Shown: positions 36,336-50,178, counted from the first letter of the whole stretch. The stretch: DNA of 63,474 nt, filler included, from Globobulimina sp. (GCA_003354225.1; 35 parts of 35 records of this genome joined end to end with filler, not necessarily neighbours in it); one strand, 5' to 3'. Notes: generated from the sequence alone by a model not told the origin. Made by a program: numbers and translations.

Positions 36336-37887
36336 CAAGAAACTATTGCAATTTTATAGCGCCTTGTCGCTGAAATATATTTTAGATTTGCAAAAAGATT
36401 ATGTGACACCCTGTGTGTCGCAAATATTGCGCTTTGATTCCAAGAATGTAATGAAGATCTTTCGAACGTATTTATTTTCATTTACAAATTTAGAAATAAC
36501 GTCTTTTGCTGAGTTTAATAGTAATAATAAGCAATTATTGTATCAGCTGAATAATGTGTGGACAGAGTTGTTTTGCACAGATGTTGATCCGTGGAATTAT
36601 CCTGCTTCGATTCACAAATTAATGTTTGAATTATACCATGATTTTGCAGTATGGGATCATTTAAATAAATATCAAGTATTGTTGCAGAATAAACAGAATA
36701 AGAAAGAGTATTTTTGTGTATATAAATCGTGGATGTCGCGCATTTCAAAGTATTTTGATAATGTGTTGGAAACTAATGATTTGATGCAGAGTCTGTTTTG
36801 CTCGGTGGATAATAATACTACTCAGGACGTGGTGAAATGTGCCATTTCATCGTATTTATTGACTGGAAATGAAGCCATAAAATTGAAAATTGATCAAATG
36901 GTACATAATGCACTGAATACGGAAACAAATGAAGATGGCGAAGCTGTGGTGATTCATAAAACATTAATGAATAAAAACATAAAATTAATATTGCGACATT
37001 GTATGATGAACAGACAAAAATTTTTAGGCATTTTTGCTGAGGATGATGATGCAAACAAAGCAACGCAAATAAAAGTATATAATAAGTTTATTCGTTTAAT
37101 TGTGGATGGTGTTTTAATGGGTATTCGAAAATTTGGCAAAACATTAGAAGTGATATGTAAACAGCCCCTGTCTTATAAGGATAATCGGGTTCGAGTTCAA
37201 TATTTATTCCCCACCAAACATCACTGCATCGCTATTATTGCCAATATACTTAATTTCATTGACTATTTCAGGTCAAATAATATAAAATGGAAACAAAATA
37301 GTAATGATAATAATTCACAGAAACGAAAACAAAAGAAATTAGTGGATCGATGTTTCAGTGAAATAATATTTTCGTCTTCGAAATCATTGACATCGGTGTT
37401 AGAATATGTGTTATTGACTAAAGAGGGTATTTTGGGTGGTGATGTTGATGATTTTTTAGCAAATCGATATTTTGATAATAATGCGGATAGAATTGGAGAT
37501 TTAGCAAATATTTTATCATTTTTGTCGCACCATTGGACACATTATATTGCACCAAATACATTGTTTAATTATAAATCTATATTTAATTGGTTTCAAATAT
37601 TAAAATATCATCAAATTGGCAAAGAATGGATAAATTTATTAACCTCAATTACAGCAAATGACGAATCAATAAAATATGAGTTTGATTCATTTATTAAAGA
37701 CCAATGCAATCACAACAATATAAAGAAAATATTGAATCAGAATTTTGATACAAATAAAATAAAAATCCATGAAAAAAGTTGTCAAAATGCAAAATGTGCA
37801 AGTTATCATTTAGGAGATTTAGGTTTAGGTTCAATCAGCAAGAAACTGATAAAAATGATGCAAATATCAACCAAGCATTGCCATTGA
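36336..37887 (+). CDS. Large alpha-helical hypothetical protein, 5' partial
   Basis: 513-aa ORF with no motif I can assign confidently. Confidence 0.55.
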
Positions 37888-38174
37888 AAAAGAAAGCAAA
37901 AAAATCAAAACAATTCAAAATCACACAATATTTATCCCCTCAAAACAGCGTACATGTAACGCCTGGAAACTACCTGGAAATTAAAATTGAGAATGACGAG
38001 TACCACGGCGATGATGGTGATGACGATGATGCTGAAATGAGTTAAGATATTNNNNNNNNNNNNNNNNNNNNNNNNNNNNNNNNNNNNNNNNNNNNTTAAT
38101 TAATTAANNNNNNNNNNNNNNNNNNNNNNNNNNNNNNNNNNNNNNNNNNNNTAAAACTTTTCTATTTATAGAAA

Positions 38175-39011
38175 ATGGCACTTTTAGTTCATAGTATTTT
38201 TTGCTTTTTATTGGTAGACTACGGCAAGAGTCAATCATTAGGATATTCTTATTTTAGATTCGAGCCAGCGCCTTCCAATGGATATGACAGTTTCACAGCA
38301 ATTGTAAATGTTTTAGCAGATCCAGGAACAAGTTGTGATGGCTTATTTATGAGCCATCAATTTTTTTTTAAAGGAGGCAATGGCGGATATATGGGATTAC
38401 AAACTCATGGCTCTTATGATGTTCCATTAAAAAGAAATGGAGTATCTCAAGCATATAATTATAATTTAAATCGAACAGACAGCCCTTTTGCTAATGGTAA
38501 AATGGCAATATTTTCAATTTGGGATGCAACAAATTGCGAGACTGCAGAAGGTAAAAATACAGCAGATATGGAATGTGTAAAAGGTACAGAATCTGGGCCA
38601 TTTTATAGTATTCATTTTAAATTAGATTGGGTTGTTAATAAATATTCATTTAAATTAAGTAAAAGCGCACAAGCAAATTGGTGGATGCTTCATATATTTG
38701 TTAATGATGATACAAGTAACGGTATTTATGTGGGACAGATTCAAGTACCATCCTCATGGGCGGGTATAAATGGTGGATATGATGCATTCTTAGAAAAATA
38801 TACAGGAACAAGTGGATGTAATGGTCATTTCCCGGCTTATGCGTCATTTGATTATGGACAAATATTTAATGGTAATGTTTATCCATATAATTCATCGTAT
38901 ACTATTGGCGCAAATGGTGCTAAATGTAAGTGTGTTACAGCAAATATTACAAAATCAAATCATTATGATGTGGATTATACCATTGATAAAAAACTTGGTG
39001 GATGTAATTAA
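38175..39011 (+). CDS. Secreted DUF3472-like beta-sandwich protein
   Basis: Signal peptide; HQFFFKGGNGGYMGLQ, MAIFSIWDA and AFLEKY; intronless. Confidence 0.6.
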   Translation: MALLVHSIFCFLLVDYGKSQSLGYSYFRFEPAPSNGYDSFTAIVNVLADPGTSCDGLFMSHQFFFKGGNGGYMGLQTHGSYDVPLKRNGVSQAYNYNLNRTDSPFANGKMAIFSIWDATNCETAEGKNTADMECVKGTESGPFYSIHFKLDWVVNKYSFKLSKSAQANWWMLHIFVNDDTSNGIYVGQIQVPSSWAGINGGYDAFLEKYTGTSGCNGHFPAYASFDYGQIFNGNVYPYNSSYTIGANGAKCKCVTANITKSNHYDVDYTIDKKLGGCN

Positions 39012-39099
39012 ATACAATAATAGCACAATATTCACACTTTTCATATACATTATAATTATTATATAATTATTAAAGTTTTTTTTACTTTGACCCTGAACC

Positions 39100-39867
39100 A
39101 TGGGTCTTCGATGTGCCTTCTTCTCCCTTGCTCTAACTGCATCATGTTTCATTTGCTACATTATCATTGACCCTATGGGATGGCTAAAAGACCTATCCCC
39201 CCAAACACATTATCATACCAACGGTGGCCTTATCAATAACCCATTGCTACAAACTGTATTTTCATCAACGAATAACAATAATAAACACTTTAAATCAAAC
39301 CAAATGCATCAAAATGATAACAAAAACGATTTTAATTCCAGCAACACTACCATTCCAATAAATAAAATACAGAATCAATGGCAGCGCGCATTCTATGATA
39401 TATTCATCAACTTCGAATTGCTGCCTTCATTTCAAAACACTTCCTACCAAACCCAAATACATGCAAACCACCCACATACTTTTAATTTAACTCAAAACAT
39501 CCTACGATTCAACCACTTACTAAACACAACACACAGATTCTGCATACAACAAAACATTACAAACAAGCTCGTCATTCTAACTCACCATCGACAGATTATT
39601 TCAATCCGTCGATACATGATGATTTTAAATAAATATTTGCTCTCCAAAAACCACCAAAATATCAATATTGACACATATGAGCGGTTAATACATATTTTCA
39701 CCAACATTCGCATCGCATATAAACACATAATCCAACACGACCCGCAATATACTAAATATTGGCACTTAATACACGTCTCAAAGTCGGCCGGGACCTCCAT
39801 CTGTTCCACACAACGAGATGTTGGTTACACACAACTCAGAGAAGGAGGCACAAACTGCAACATTCCT
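39100..39867 (+). CDS. Type II membrane sulfotransferase-like protein, 3' partial
   Basis: N-terminal TM anchor and 5'-PSB-like motif HLIHVSKSAGTS. Confidence 0.6.
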
Positions 39868-40370
39868 NNNNNNNNNNNNNNNNNNNNNNNNNNNNNNNNN
39901 NNNNNNNNNNNTTAATTAATTAANNNNNNNNNNNNNNNNNNNNNNNNNNNNNNNNNNNNNNNNNNNNAATTACAACAAATTTGATTAATGGATGTTGGAA
40001 TTATTTTGGGTTTAATTGTTTTTTGAACTTTTCGTATGTAGCCATTAACAATTAACACCTCCATCACTTCAGTTTGGCTTACAAGGAAGGAAAATACTTT
40101 AGAACAGCAGACAGGAAAGCGGCTTTTTGGTTATTTTTTCTTGTTCTTTGTTATGTTTTAGGTTAATGTCATATCAAAAATTTATTATACTCACTAAAAT
40201 ATATAAGATATATAAAATGTTGTTATTAAAATTGAAAATATATTTATTATTCGATCATATACGTACTTATCGGGAACACCCCTCGGCTGTAGTCATAAAA
40301 AAGATGTTCTTTAATCATCACCTAAGTGTTCTAGTCATCTTTTTCTCGATCCTTCGTTAGTGAATTAACG

Positions 40371-41683
40371 ATGAACGGTATTTCCGAGAATTGTTATAAT
40401 TATTATCAATGTCCACAACAAAACGCACAATATTGTCCAGGCTCAAAATTACATGAAATAACACAATATCAATGTCAACAATTAATGCCTTATTATCCAT
40501 TATACCCAACACCAAACAACAACAATTATTATCTCAATCCGTATAATAACATTTGTCAACAACAGCAAACATACATAAGCCACAAAACAATCGCGACAAC
40601 AACCAATCTGGGTATACTATGTATTAATGTATTAACTTGTACATAAAATATCTACATAAATGACATAATCTACATAATATACATAAATTAATCTACATAA
40701 ATGACATAATATACATTATACAGACACTCGCACTCATTTAACAAATATAATGTCATTCCCATCAAACAACGTGTTGGTCGATAAATATATCGCCATTAAA
40801 CGCATTGGAACGGGCACCTTTGGCGACATATGGAAAGTGATGGAAAAGTATGATATTAATAATTTGAATTCGCCCCAAAAGGAATATGCTATAAAAATCA
40901 TTAAACCAAAGAAAAAGTATAAGAATGTTGCTGAAAAACAGAAATATGAAACGATGTTTTTATCAGAAGGTAAACGAATAATTAATTTGAACAAAATCAA
41001 AACAAACGAAATTGGTCGCAATTTTATAATTGAATGTAAAGAGATATTAAATTGCGGAGCGAGCCCATGCATTGTGATGGAATTATGCGGCTATTCATTA
41101 TTGAAATACATGTCTTTATATCAAGCACGTTCGGCCACAATCTCTTATTCAACCATACGATATATAACAATACAAATATTGTCTGCGATGTCCTTCATTC
41201 ACGGTGTTGGCAATGCCATTCATTCAGACCTGAAGCCTGAAAATATATTAATAAATTATACAGATTGTAAATACGACAAATCCACAAAGAAAATCAACAA
41301 ATATCCACGCATAAAAATTGTAGATTTTGGGAATGCCATTACAATGAATAAGAAAATCAAATCTTTTAACATCCAAACATTATGGTATCGTGCGCCTGAA
41401 TTATTGTTTGGAAATAAGTACGATTTGTCATCGTTAATTGATATGTGGAGCATTGGATGTATTATTTTTGAATTATTTTCTGTGAGTAATCCAAAGCATA
41501 ATCGAATATTCAAATGTCATAATTTAGACAAAGTGGATGTGGTTTATAAGATTTACAACAAATTATCCACATTTCCTTGTTATGCGTATAATAAATATAA
41601 GTCGTACTATTTCGACAATATCACCACGCAATTAAATAATAACAGTAATAACATCAGTCATAATGAGCCAAACTATATGACCT
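40371..41683 (+). CDS. CMGC/DYRK-like protein kinase; intron 40612-40723; 3' partial
   Basis: Motifs IGTGTFG, AIK, HSDLKPEN, DFG, IQTLWYRAPE and DMWSIGC. Confidence 0.9.
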
Positions 41684-41783
41684 NNNNNNNNNNNNNNNNN
41701 NNNNNNNNNNNNNNNNNNNNNNNNNNNTTAATTAATTAANNNNNNNNNNNNNNNNNNNNNNNNNNNNNNNNNNNNNNNNNNNN

Positions 41784-42145
41784 CCTAATACACCCTTTTT
41801 ATTATACCCACAGCATTCATATGTTTGATCATCAAATAAAATGTACGCTGATACACCCTTCCAACCACCACAGGTAACAATATTTTTTATTTCTTTTTCA
41901 AATGTTTTTATTTTTGTTATTTTTCTAATATCTTCATATCTGCCACTACCTTGTTGTCCATCTGCATTGCTACCAATAGAATATCCGTCTTCGTTGCTAC
42001 CAATAGAATATAATAGCAATAAAATATAATAATGGAACGCATGAATGACACTAATAATATCTGTGTGGATGTAGTGGGTGCTGTAGTTTCTAACGTATCC
42101 ACTTACTAATAATTGGGATCGTCTTTTCGTGAGAGGATGGTTCAT
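41784..42145 (-). CDS. RCC1-repeat protein, 3' partial
   Basis: YSIGSNEDG/YSIGSNADGQQG (tandem duplication) and CCGYN. Confidence 0.65.
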
Positions 42146-43129
42146 TTTCTGTTAAAGCTGGTAAAATATTTCGAGCAATTTTTCTTTTGACTTAAACAGA
42201 CAAAAAGTAGCTCTCAAATGTCTGCTATTAAAGAGCAGTTAATCAACGCAGCTGAGCTTAAGAACACAAGCACATTAATTGTATACGAAAAAAAAATAAA
42301 AAGAAAAAGAATAAAAAGTGGTCCAGCAAGGTATTGTTCTGCCCGCATCAGAAAGATATATGAAGAGGCAGAATGGTGTGTTTGTAGTCTTTCTGTTTTC
42401 GTGATTATATCTTGACAGCAACAAAACACTTTTGTTATATTTAAGATCCGTATCCAAAGCGTTTGCGAATTTAATTGTTTTATCATTTTCAACATCACAA
42501 AATTCAATAAATGATTGGGAATTAAGCCATAATGATTTATGGTTGCTATATATATTCAATTTAGTGATGGTTCGATTATCAATGGCTTTGCAGGGATTGG
42601 GATATTACTTGAAATGCATCATATTTATCACCATCCGGTACCTGCACATTATACATATCACAATATTCCGTATGCAGTGTATTCAGATATTGACTTAAAT
42701 GAATATATTAATGAGCCATTGCAATATGAAATATTGTCATTACAAGTATATACAACAAGATTTTTTGCCTATTGGCAGTCTTACGATATTTCAACAAATA
42801 CACATTTGCCACCTCAGTTTCTATCATCTTTTGAATATATTCATGTCATATCAGATAATATCAATTGCAACGCATTGCTATGGATTAATAAATTGCAAAT
42901 AACCTATGACCACATAATAATTACACACATGGAACTTGTTTTGGATTTTTGTCAGTAGAATGTACTAATCTGCGATAATAGAAATGGATGTAACTTTTGC
43001 AATGTTGATGCTATTTAAATTCTTTTGGGTGCTAAATGTGTATAATTGAATTCTACAGCTAATCCAAAAAAAAAAATTGTCCCGGCGAGTTTAAAAAAAA
43101 TTAAATGTTACCTCCAGTTACCTCCAGTT

Positions 43130-43499
43130 TTACCAAAACCTCCAACTTTTACATTTTTCCTTAACAATCCTCTCGTCACGACCCACAATCTCGCCACTAT
43201 TAATATCAAATTCTTTGCCAGACCCAATAATACAATGTTCGTATCCATGATAAATCCAACATTTATCCACATCCAATACGTCCAATACCTTAATATATGT
43301 CACCTTAACCAATTCATTAAGTGCTAATTCATTAGATGGTGGTCGACAAACTGATGTCCACCACACAGAAAATTCTGGCACTTGTTGATGAATATTATTG
43401 ATGTAATAATATAATACATCGATCCCTAAATTCAATAATTCGTCAGCTGGCTCGTAATAAATGGATCCGTTATGCTGTGATCCCCACCAACTAGCCGCC
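43130..43499 (-). CDS. Hypothetical protein C-terminus
   Basis: ORF open from the contig edge. Confidence 0.35.
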
Positions 43500-43599
43500 N
43501 NNNNNNNNNNNNNNNNNNNNNNNNNNNNNNNNNNNNNNNNNNNTTAATTAATTAANNNNNNNNNNNNNNNNNNNNNNNNNNNNNNNNNNNNNNNNNNNN

Positions 43600-45030
43600 A
43601 CCTCCAAATGAGTTCTTTTTCACACAGAGATTGGACCATTATAACCCACAAAATCTTAAAACATTTCAACAAAAGTATTTAGTGTACAATGGATCTTGGA
43701 ATAAATCCGATAATGGGCCAATATTTCATTATGCAGGGAACGAAGCACCCATTGAAACGTTTTGGTATAACACGGGATTTATGTTTGATATTGCAGATGA
43801 ATTCGGTGCATTAATCGTATTCACAGAGCTTAGATATTATGGCGTATCCTTACCATTTGGCAATGATAGTTTCACAGTCCCCAATTTAAAATATTATACT
43901 ATTGAGCAAGTAGTACAGGATTATGCCTATTTTATGACTCAATTCAAACGGGACATATACAAAACGCCTCAATCAAAAGTTGTAACCTTTGGTGGCTCGT
44001 ATGGGGGCATTTTAGCTGCAGCGTTACGAATACATCATGCAGAAATATTTGACGTTGCTTTAGCTGCGTCAGCTCCAATTCCAATGGTTTTTAATGCTGC
44101 AAATTCGACTTTTTTTTTCCAAATTGTTACCAACGATTATTACAATGTTAATCCCCAATGCCCGGACATTGTACGTAAAGGATATGCAAATCTAATTGAT
44201 TTAGGCAAAGATGCAAATAATTATAATACTATAAGCAATACATTCAATTTATGTGATACAATAACGAATATGTCGGATATTATTCATTTACAATATTGGT
44301 CGCGAAATGCACTGTTAGTATTAGCTCAATTTGATTATCCGTACGCTACGGAGTTCTTTGGCTCATTGCCAGCTTATCCAGTTAATAAAGCATGTGATAT
44401 TTTGGTTGAAAATAAAGGAAATGCATTGTTAGCGTTAGCTAAAGCGTCTGGATTATTTTATAATGCGTCCGCAAATTATACATTAGATTGTTATGATCAA
44501 TTTGAAGAATTCGTATTTTGCGCAGATCAAACGGGCTGTGGAGCTGATCCAATTGATAAGATATTGGCGGATTATATACAATGTACTGAGTTTGTGAGTG
44601 CTTTTGATACGAATAATGTGACGGATATGTTTCCGCCAAGTTTAGTGTATAGAAATAAGATATATATATAATAATAATTATTATAATAAATATATTTAAA
44701 CGTACAGCGATTTGGAATATAAATAATTTGACTAAATATTGTATGGACAATTATGGTCTTACTCCAAATATTGAATGGGTGCAAATGTGGTATCCCTTGG
44801 AGTTGCAAAAAACAGGTGTTACAAATATTATATTTTCAAATGGTGAGTTGGATCCATTTATTGGTGGTGGATATGCAAGTAATATAAGTGATAAATTACC
44901 AGCAATTGTGATAGCAAATGGTGCTCATCATCTTGATTTAAGGAGTAAGAATGCCAATGATCCAGCATCTGTTATTCAAGCAAGAGCATTGGAGGTGCAA
45001 TACATAAAAGAATGGTTGGATATGAGCTAA
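43600..45030 (+). CDS. Peptidase S28 (lysosomal Pro-X carboxypeptidase/DPP7-like); intron 44640-44707; 5' partial
   Basis: QRLDHY, GNEA, RYYG.S.PFG, GGSYGG (Ser), NGELDP (Asp) and AHHLDL (His). Confidence 0.93.
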
Positions 45031-45415
45031 AAACATTATGTATATACCCATACATATATGATCTTAAAACATAATTATTAATTATTAATAAATAATAAAT
45101 TATAAAATATAAAACGTACTAATAATAAAACGTACTTTCACTTCTTTTGTGATTAAAGTTTTTTGCATGGTCAGCATGCTAGTTAGTGGCAGACTATCAT
45201 TGCGTACATAACGGGGAAATTATAAAAAAACTAACGACAGATCACTCTACAGACACAGAATTAATTATAGTGTTTCTGTGCTGTTTTCCAGATAGCAATT
45301 AAGGAGTGATCATTTNNNNNNNNNNNNNNNNNNNNNNNNNNNNNNNNNNNNNNNNNNNNTTAATTAATTAANNNNNNNNNNNNNNNNNNNNNNNNNNNNN
45401 NNNNNNNNNNNNNNN

Positions 45416-45626
45416 CAATAAATCTCAAAGAAATGTCTCAATCACAATCATCACTCTCTGTGTCTCCGCGTCTTTGCGTTAGTTCATTTTTTAAGCCTTT
45501 GTTTGAGTTATAAGCCCGATCTCTGGATCTTGAACGAGAACGAGAACGTGATGGTGAATGATAAAATCGACAGTTTCCTTGTGTGTGGTAGCGGCAAGTT
45601 CTTCCAAAACGACATCGGTGAGACAT
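45416..45626 (-). CDS. CCCH-like zinc finger plus RS-repeat protein, N-terminal part
   Basis: CRFGRTCRYHTQGNCRFYH followed by SRSRSRSRSR. Confidence 0.45.
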
Positions 45627-45744
45627 TATTAACTAATTAGGTGTTAAGAATTGGTTTGCTTTAATTTCAGTTGGTTTGGTTGATGTTTGCGTTTTTGGTA
45701 ATTTTAAAAATGTGGCACTTCGAATTTTCGGGACACTAAATATA

Positions 45745-46944
45745 ATGCTTAGTTCGAGTGCACAGATTGGTATCGGTATTTGCGTAGGTTGCACACTTTG
45801 TGTTATTTGTTGTTGCAGTATCAAACAATATGCGAAATATTTAAAGAACTCTGTATGTTTTTATGTGGTAGAAAATTAGAAATATGTATTTAATATATCA
45901 AAATTTGTATTCTGACAGTACCACAAAGGTAAAAAAACAATATGGTTCCGTGGATTTAATAAATATGAGAAACCCAAAGAAGAACAGTCAAAGCCATTCA
46001 ATCAATTATTAGAACGTGGAGATATTATTGTACGTGATTTTCGATCACAATCGTCCAAAAACAACGGAAACGATATAAAACAACAACCACAACCACAATC
46101 AGTACGAATTGTGAGTTTAAATATGGAAATGGGCAAACAAATAAATAAAATCATATCTGCGTTGAAAACATTAAATGCGGACATTATATTTTTGCAAGAG
46201 GTTGATGTGAGTACTCGCCGTATTAACTATGTCGATATGGTCTCAGAATTAGCACTAGAATTAAATATGAATAGCATATTCACTGTGGAGGTTATAGTCG
46301 ACACAGAGACGAATTTGTTATATGAAGCAACTGGATATGAAGGCAATGCCATATTATCTAAATATGATTTTATTGCGACTGAAGGAATTGTAGTAAAATG
46401 TGCCAGGTACAAAAAATATTTACATAAGAAAAAGTTGCATACGGAGGCAATGGCTATCATTGAAGTGCCAATATTAGGCAGAATTGCGTGTGTCTCTGCA
46501 CATTTAGATCCGCATTGGTGTGGTGTTAATGGACGAATCAGACAATTTCATGAAATCCTGAAATATGTTTCTGATTATAAACATTCATTTGATCATCTTA
46601 TTATTTGTGGTGATTTAAATACAGTTTGTCATGGATTGAACAGATTATATCCATCCATTGGTTGTGATAACGAGTCGAGATTTGGTCATTTGGGTAAAAC
46701 AGAAGCGGAATATTTCAATGACAATGGAGTGGAAACCGGAAACGATGAATTTAAATTGGATTTATATGATCCGTTTCATAAAGTGAATGATTACACAATG
46801 CATGCGCTTGGTGGAGGGTATAAAAGCAAAGCGGATTGGTGTTTATTGGATTGTGATTTGAAAGTATTGGATAAAAAAGTATGTCCTGTAAGGGAACGGT
46901 GTAGCGATCATCAATGGATAATGGTGGACATCGCATTAAAATAA
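45745..46944 (+). CDS. Endonuclease/exonuclease/phosphatase family protein with N-terminal anchor; intron 45853-45918
   Basis: Motifs SLN, ADIIFLQEVD, GNAILSKY, SAHLD, ICGDLNT, KADW and SDH. Confidence 0.88.
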
Positions 46945-47596
46945 CTTCAATGCAAACACGAATAAAACAGAGAGTTTTTTTCAGTCTTATCTCGTGTCTT
47001 AATTAATTAATTATAATCAACGACCATTGGTATCCATTATTACAGTTTGATGTGTGATTACAGTGCATCAGACACTAAAATGTTCAAATCTTATTACAAT
47101 GGTTTAGCATTTGCGTGATAATGTATTCAGANNNNNNNNNNNNNNNNNNNNNNNNNNNNNNNNNNNNNNNNNNNNTTAATTAATTAANNNNNNNNNNNNN
47201 NNNNNNNNNNNNNNNNNNNNNNNNNNNNNNNGAAATATAACACAAAAATGGTACAAAAATGGTCACAAAAAATTACAAAAAAATACAGATAATAGAAAAC
47301 AATATATAGAAGGAAAAAAAAAACGAAAACGAGTAGATTGAATTGAGACAATGATACGTGGATATTATAGATATTATATTGCACGGAACACATACACACA
47401 AACCATATACTATCGCGATAGTACGTGTACGTGTTAAAAACAAAGATTTGATAAAATGGAATCTTTATCCAAATTATAAAAAAAAAAAGAGAAACACAAA
47501 AAGAAAGGTAAACAAAGAAACAGCTCACAAATACAAACTAAATTTATTGCAAACAAGTAAATATAAAATTAAACAACTTAAATATGTACAATTTAG

Positions 47597-48808
47597 CTAA
47601 TAATATGTTTTTCTTCGTGAAGGAGCTAACCTCGGCTCAGTTAAATGATACTTTAATTTCTCGATATCCGTAGGCGACGGCCGATCCATATCACTTAAAA
47701 ACGAATCCAAACTATAATTAACATCATGTTTCACAGGAGGCTGATTGTCTGGATCTAATAATAAACTGTCAATCTTCAATAGCTTCAATTCTCTCTGTGT
47801 TTCCTCATTCGGTACATTATTATCTGTCACCTCTTTACCTTTGCTATACTTCCTCTTCTTCAGTCCCTTTTTACTCGAATTCGAGTTTATATTTTTCAAT
47901 GAATTTGCTTTCAACGAAGTAGTACTCACCAACCTATCAATTTCATTTTCATCCATATGTCCGGTTTCTGTGTCTTCCGCAATAGTCACTATATTCTCCA
48001 CTCCATCTCTCCCTCCCTCTATCTCTTCATTTGCCGCCGTATAATCACTCCCTAATGATACAGTCGACGCAAAACTAAATTGGGAAATGTGCTCTTTACC
48101 GCCTTTAGCAGGTGGTCCATTATGACGATGTATCTCTGAGTGCGATGTATTGGTCGATGTCCGTGATTGCGAGGCACTGTCATCGATGCTAAATTGTGTT
48201 AATACGTATGTCCCCTCTGACCCATCCGTAGTAGCTCCATCATCTTCAGACTCACTCCAGATTGAATTATGCGAGATATTGCTGCCTCGTTTATCAAAAT
48301 ATTTGCCAAACATTTTAGTATTGGCCGTAGACTGTCGTTTAATTGGCATCGGTGTGTCGGTCTTATTGGTTCTGAATGAATGACTTTCATCAATATGTGG
48401 CAAAGTGGTGGGAAAGTCATTGCTTTCTGCTCTGGTAATTGCCATTTTTTTGTCATCACGTAATTTCTTGTTATAATTACGTTTAAAATTTAAAGGCGTA
48501 TTTGGTTTCACATTTATATGTACGTTTTGTGCACCGCGTAATGGATCAAATACATCATTGTTGGTATTAATATCACTGAATTTCACATACTGTGTATACG
48601 TCGTATTGGGTGATTGTAAATAATCATCCAATGCACTGAGCCCATCATTGGCTAAATCACCTAAATTGTAGATATTTGAGGGTAAGTCGATAGTATCCAA
48701 GACAACTTTGGCTGCTTTGCTGGCAATATTCTCTGTAATGGGGGTTAACGCCTCGTTATTATCTCCGATATCATCCACATCGTTTCCTAATAAATGCTGT
48801 TCGTGCAC
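47597..48808 (-). CDS. Low-complexity Ser/Asp/Thr-rich hypothetical protein, 5' partial
   Basis: 403-aa ORF. Confidence 0.55.
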   Translation of the reverse strand: MHEQHLLGNDVDDIGDNNEALTPITENIASKAAKVVLDTIDLPSNIYNLGDLANDGLSALDDYLQSPNTTYTQYVKFSDINTNNDVFDPLRGAQNVHINVKPNTPLNFKRNYNKKLRDDKKMAITRAESNDFPTTLPHIDESHSFRTNKTDTPMPIKRQSTANTKMFGKYFDKRGSNISHNSIWSESEDDGATTDGSEGTYVLTQFSIDDSASQSRTSTNTSHSEIHRHNGPPAKGGKEHISQFSFASTVSLGSDYTAANEEIEGGRDGVENIVTIAEDTETGHMDENEIDRLVSTTSLKANSLKNINSNSSKKGLKKRKYSKGKEVTDNNVPNEETQRELKLLKIDSLLLDPDNQPPVKHDVNYSLDSFLSDMDRPSPTDIEKLKYHLTEPRLAPSRRKTYY

Positions 48809-49137
48809 ATAACCGAAATCTGCGCCGTAAAGAAATGTTCTGCGAATAGTTTCGTTCCTTTCGCGTAAGTTACGTTTTAATTCACGGACAGATTTGCTTT
48901 CAAGATATCTGAGTGCGATATCTTAATTGTTTTGTTTTTAAGTATACNNNNNNNNNNNNNNNNNNNNNNNNNNNNNNNNNNNNNNNNNNNNTTAATTAAT
49001 TAANNNNNNNNNNNNNNNNNNNNNNNNNNNNNNNNNNNNNNNNNNNNTATTATCGTACAAATTTAATATATTTAACATGGAAAGAATATCAAATAAAAAT
49101 AAATTTTAATATTCATTCAGTAACAAAAACAAATAAC

Positions 49138-50178
49138 ATGGAGTCATCCAGAAAACATTATTCGTCAAAGATTTTATTGTTTATGACATACTTTGGTGCA
49201 TTTCTCAATGTTTTAACAATATTATTGGGATATTCATATCCGTCAATGTTTCTTGTTTTTGGTGGTGTTTGGTGCATAAATTATATCACTTTAATAACAA
49301 TATTGCTTGTTATAAAAATAAAAAAAGTCAAGGAGATGGTTGGCTGTTTATATGAAGCTTATTTTGTTTTTGCTGCGTTTGTTTTATATTGGTTGGTTGT
49401 ATTATTTGTGGGCGAGGGGCCTTTTTTGTATTTGCAAAGTGTATTAGTTAGCCATTTTTTTGCTTTATTTCCATTATATTATGCAGTGTATTTATTGTAC
49501 CAATTTGAGGGAACATTAACTAAAGAAACCAATGAAAAGGAAATTGGGAACGAGAGTGCTAGCAACATGTTACAACAAGTTCAACTGCAACAAATACAAA
49601 CAGAAACACCTCAAAAATCAGTAAAATTAAAAGATTATTTATCAGTGCAGGCTCAATATGATATATTTGCTCAATATTTGGCATTATGTTTCTGTTTAGA
49701 AAATTTGTTATTTGTTGAACGAGTCTGTATATTTCGATGGATTGTAATTAGAATGAAATTGAGAAATGAAAACGATGCAATTGTAAATAACTTAAGTACG
49801 GATATTGCAAATATTAATAACGAAATAAAATCAGCATATTCATTGAAGTTTGAGTTTTTAGAAAATATTTATAAAGAATATAGTGATGTTATTGGCGATG
49901 ATGTTGTGGGTAATTTTGAACATTATAGAGATTTATTATGGTGTATTGGTCACAATATTTATAAAGAATTTATTGATGAATTTAGTGTGAATCAAATTAA
50001 TGTTCCATATGCTTTACGAATAAATTTAACAAATGCGTTGAAGAGCAATGAGAATATTACAAAATTTGAGTCCTATGATGAGTTTTTGACCATTTTTGAT
50101 GATTCGATACTTAATATATGGAGATTGTTGTGTGGTATTTATCGATTTCGATTTGCATCTTATTTAAAACAACAGTAA
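49138..50178 (+). CDS. TM-RGS protein (regulator of G-protein signalling), probably 5' partial
   Basis: TM helices followed by an RGS box: F..YL...FCLENLLF, IYKEFI...QINV...R. Confidence 0.8.
   Translation: MESSRKHYSSKILLFMTYFGAFLNVLTILLGYSYPSMFLVFGGVWCINYITLITILLVIKIKKVKEMVGCLYEAYFVFAAFVLYWLVVLFVGEGPFLYLQSVLVSHFFALFPLYYAVYLLYQFEGTLTKETNEKEIGNESASNMLQQVQLQQIQTETPQKSVKLKDYLSVQAQYDIFAQYLALCFCLENLLFVERVCIFRWIVIRMKLRNENDAIVNNLSTDIANINNEIKSAYSLKFEFLENIYKEYSDVIGDDVVGNFEHYRDLLWCIGHNIYKEFIDEFSVNQINVPYALRINLTNALKSNENITKFESYDEFLTIFDDSILNIWRLLCGIYRFRFASYLKQQ

Noticed and set aside
40640-40720. Tandem ATCTACATAAATGACATAAT repeats
   Set aside because: Ordinary low-complexity intronic duplication.
42432-42958. 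Jacalin-like lectin gene
   Set aside because: Only a vague resemblance, with broken frames; cannot be supported.
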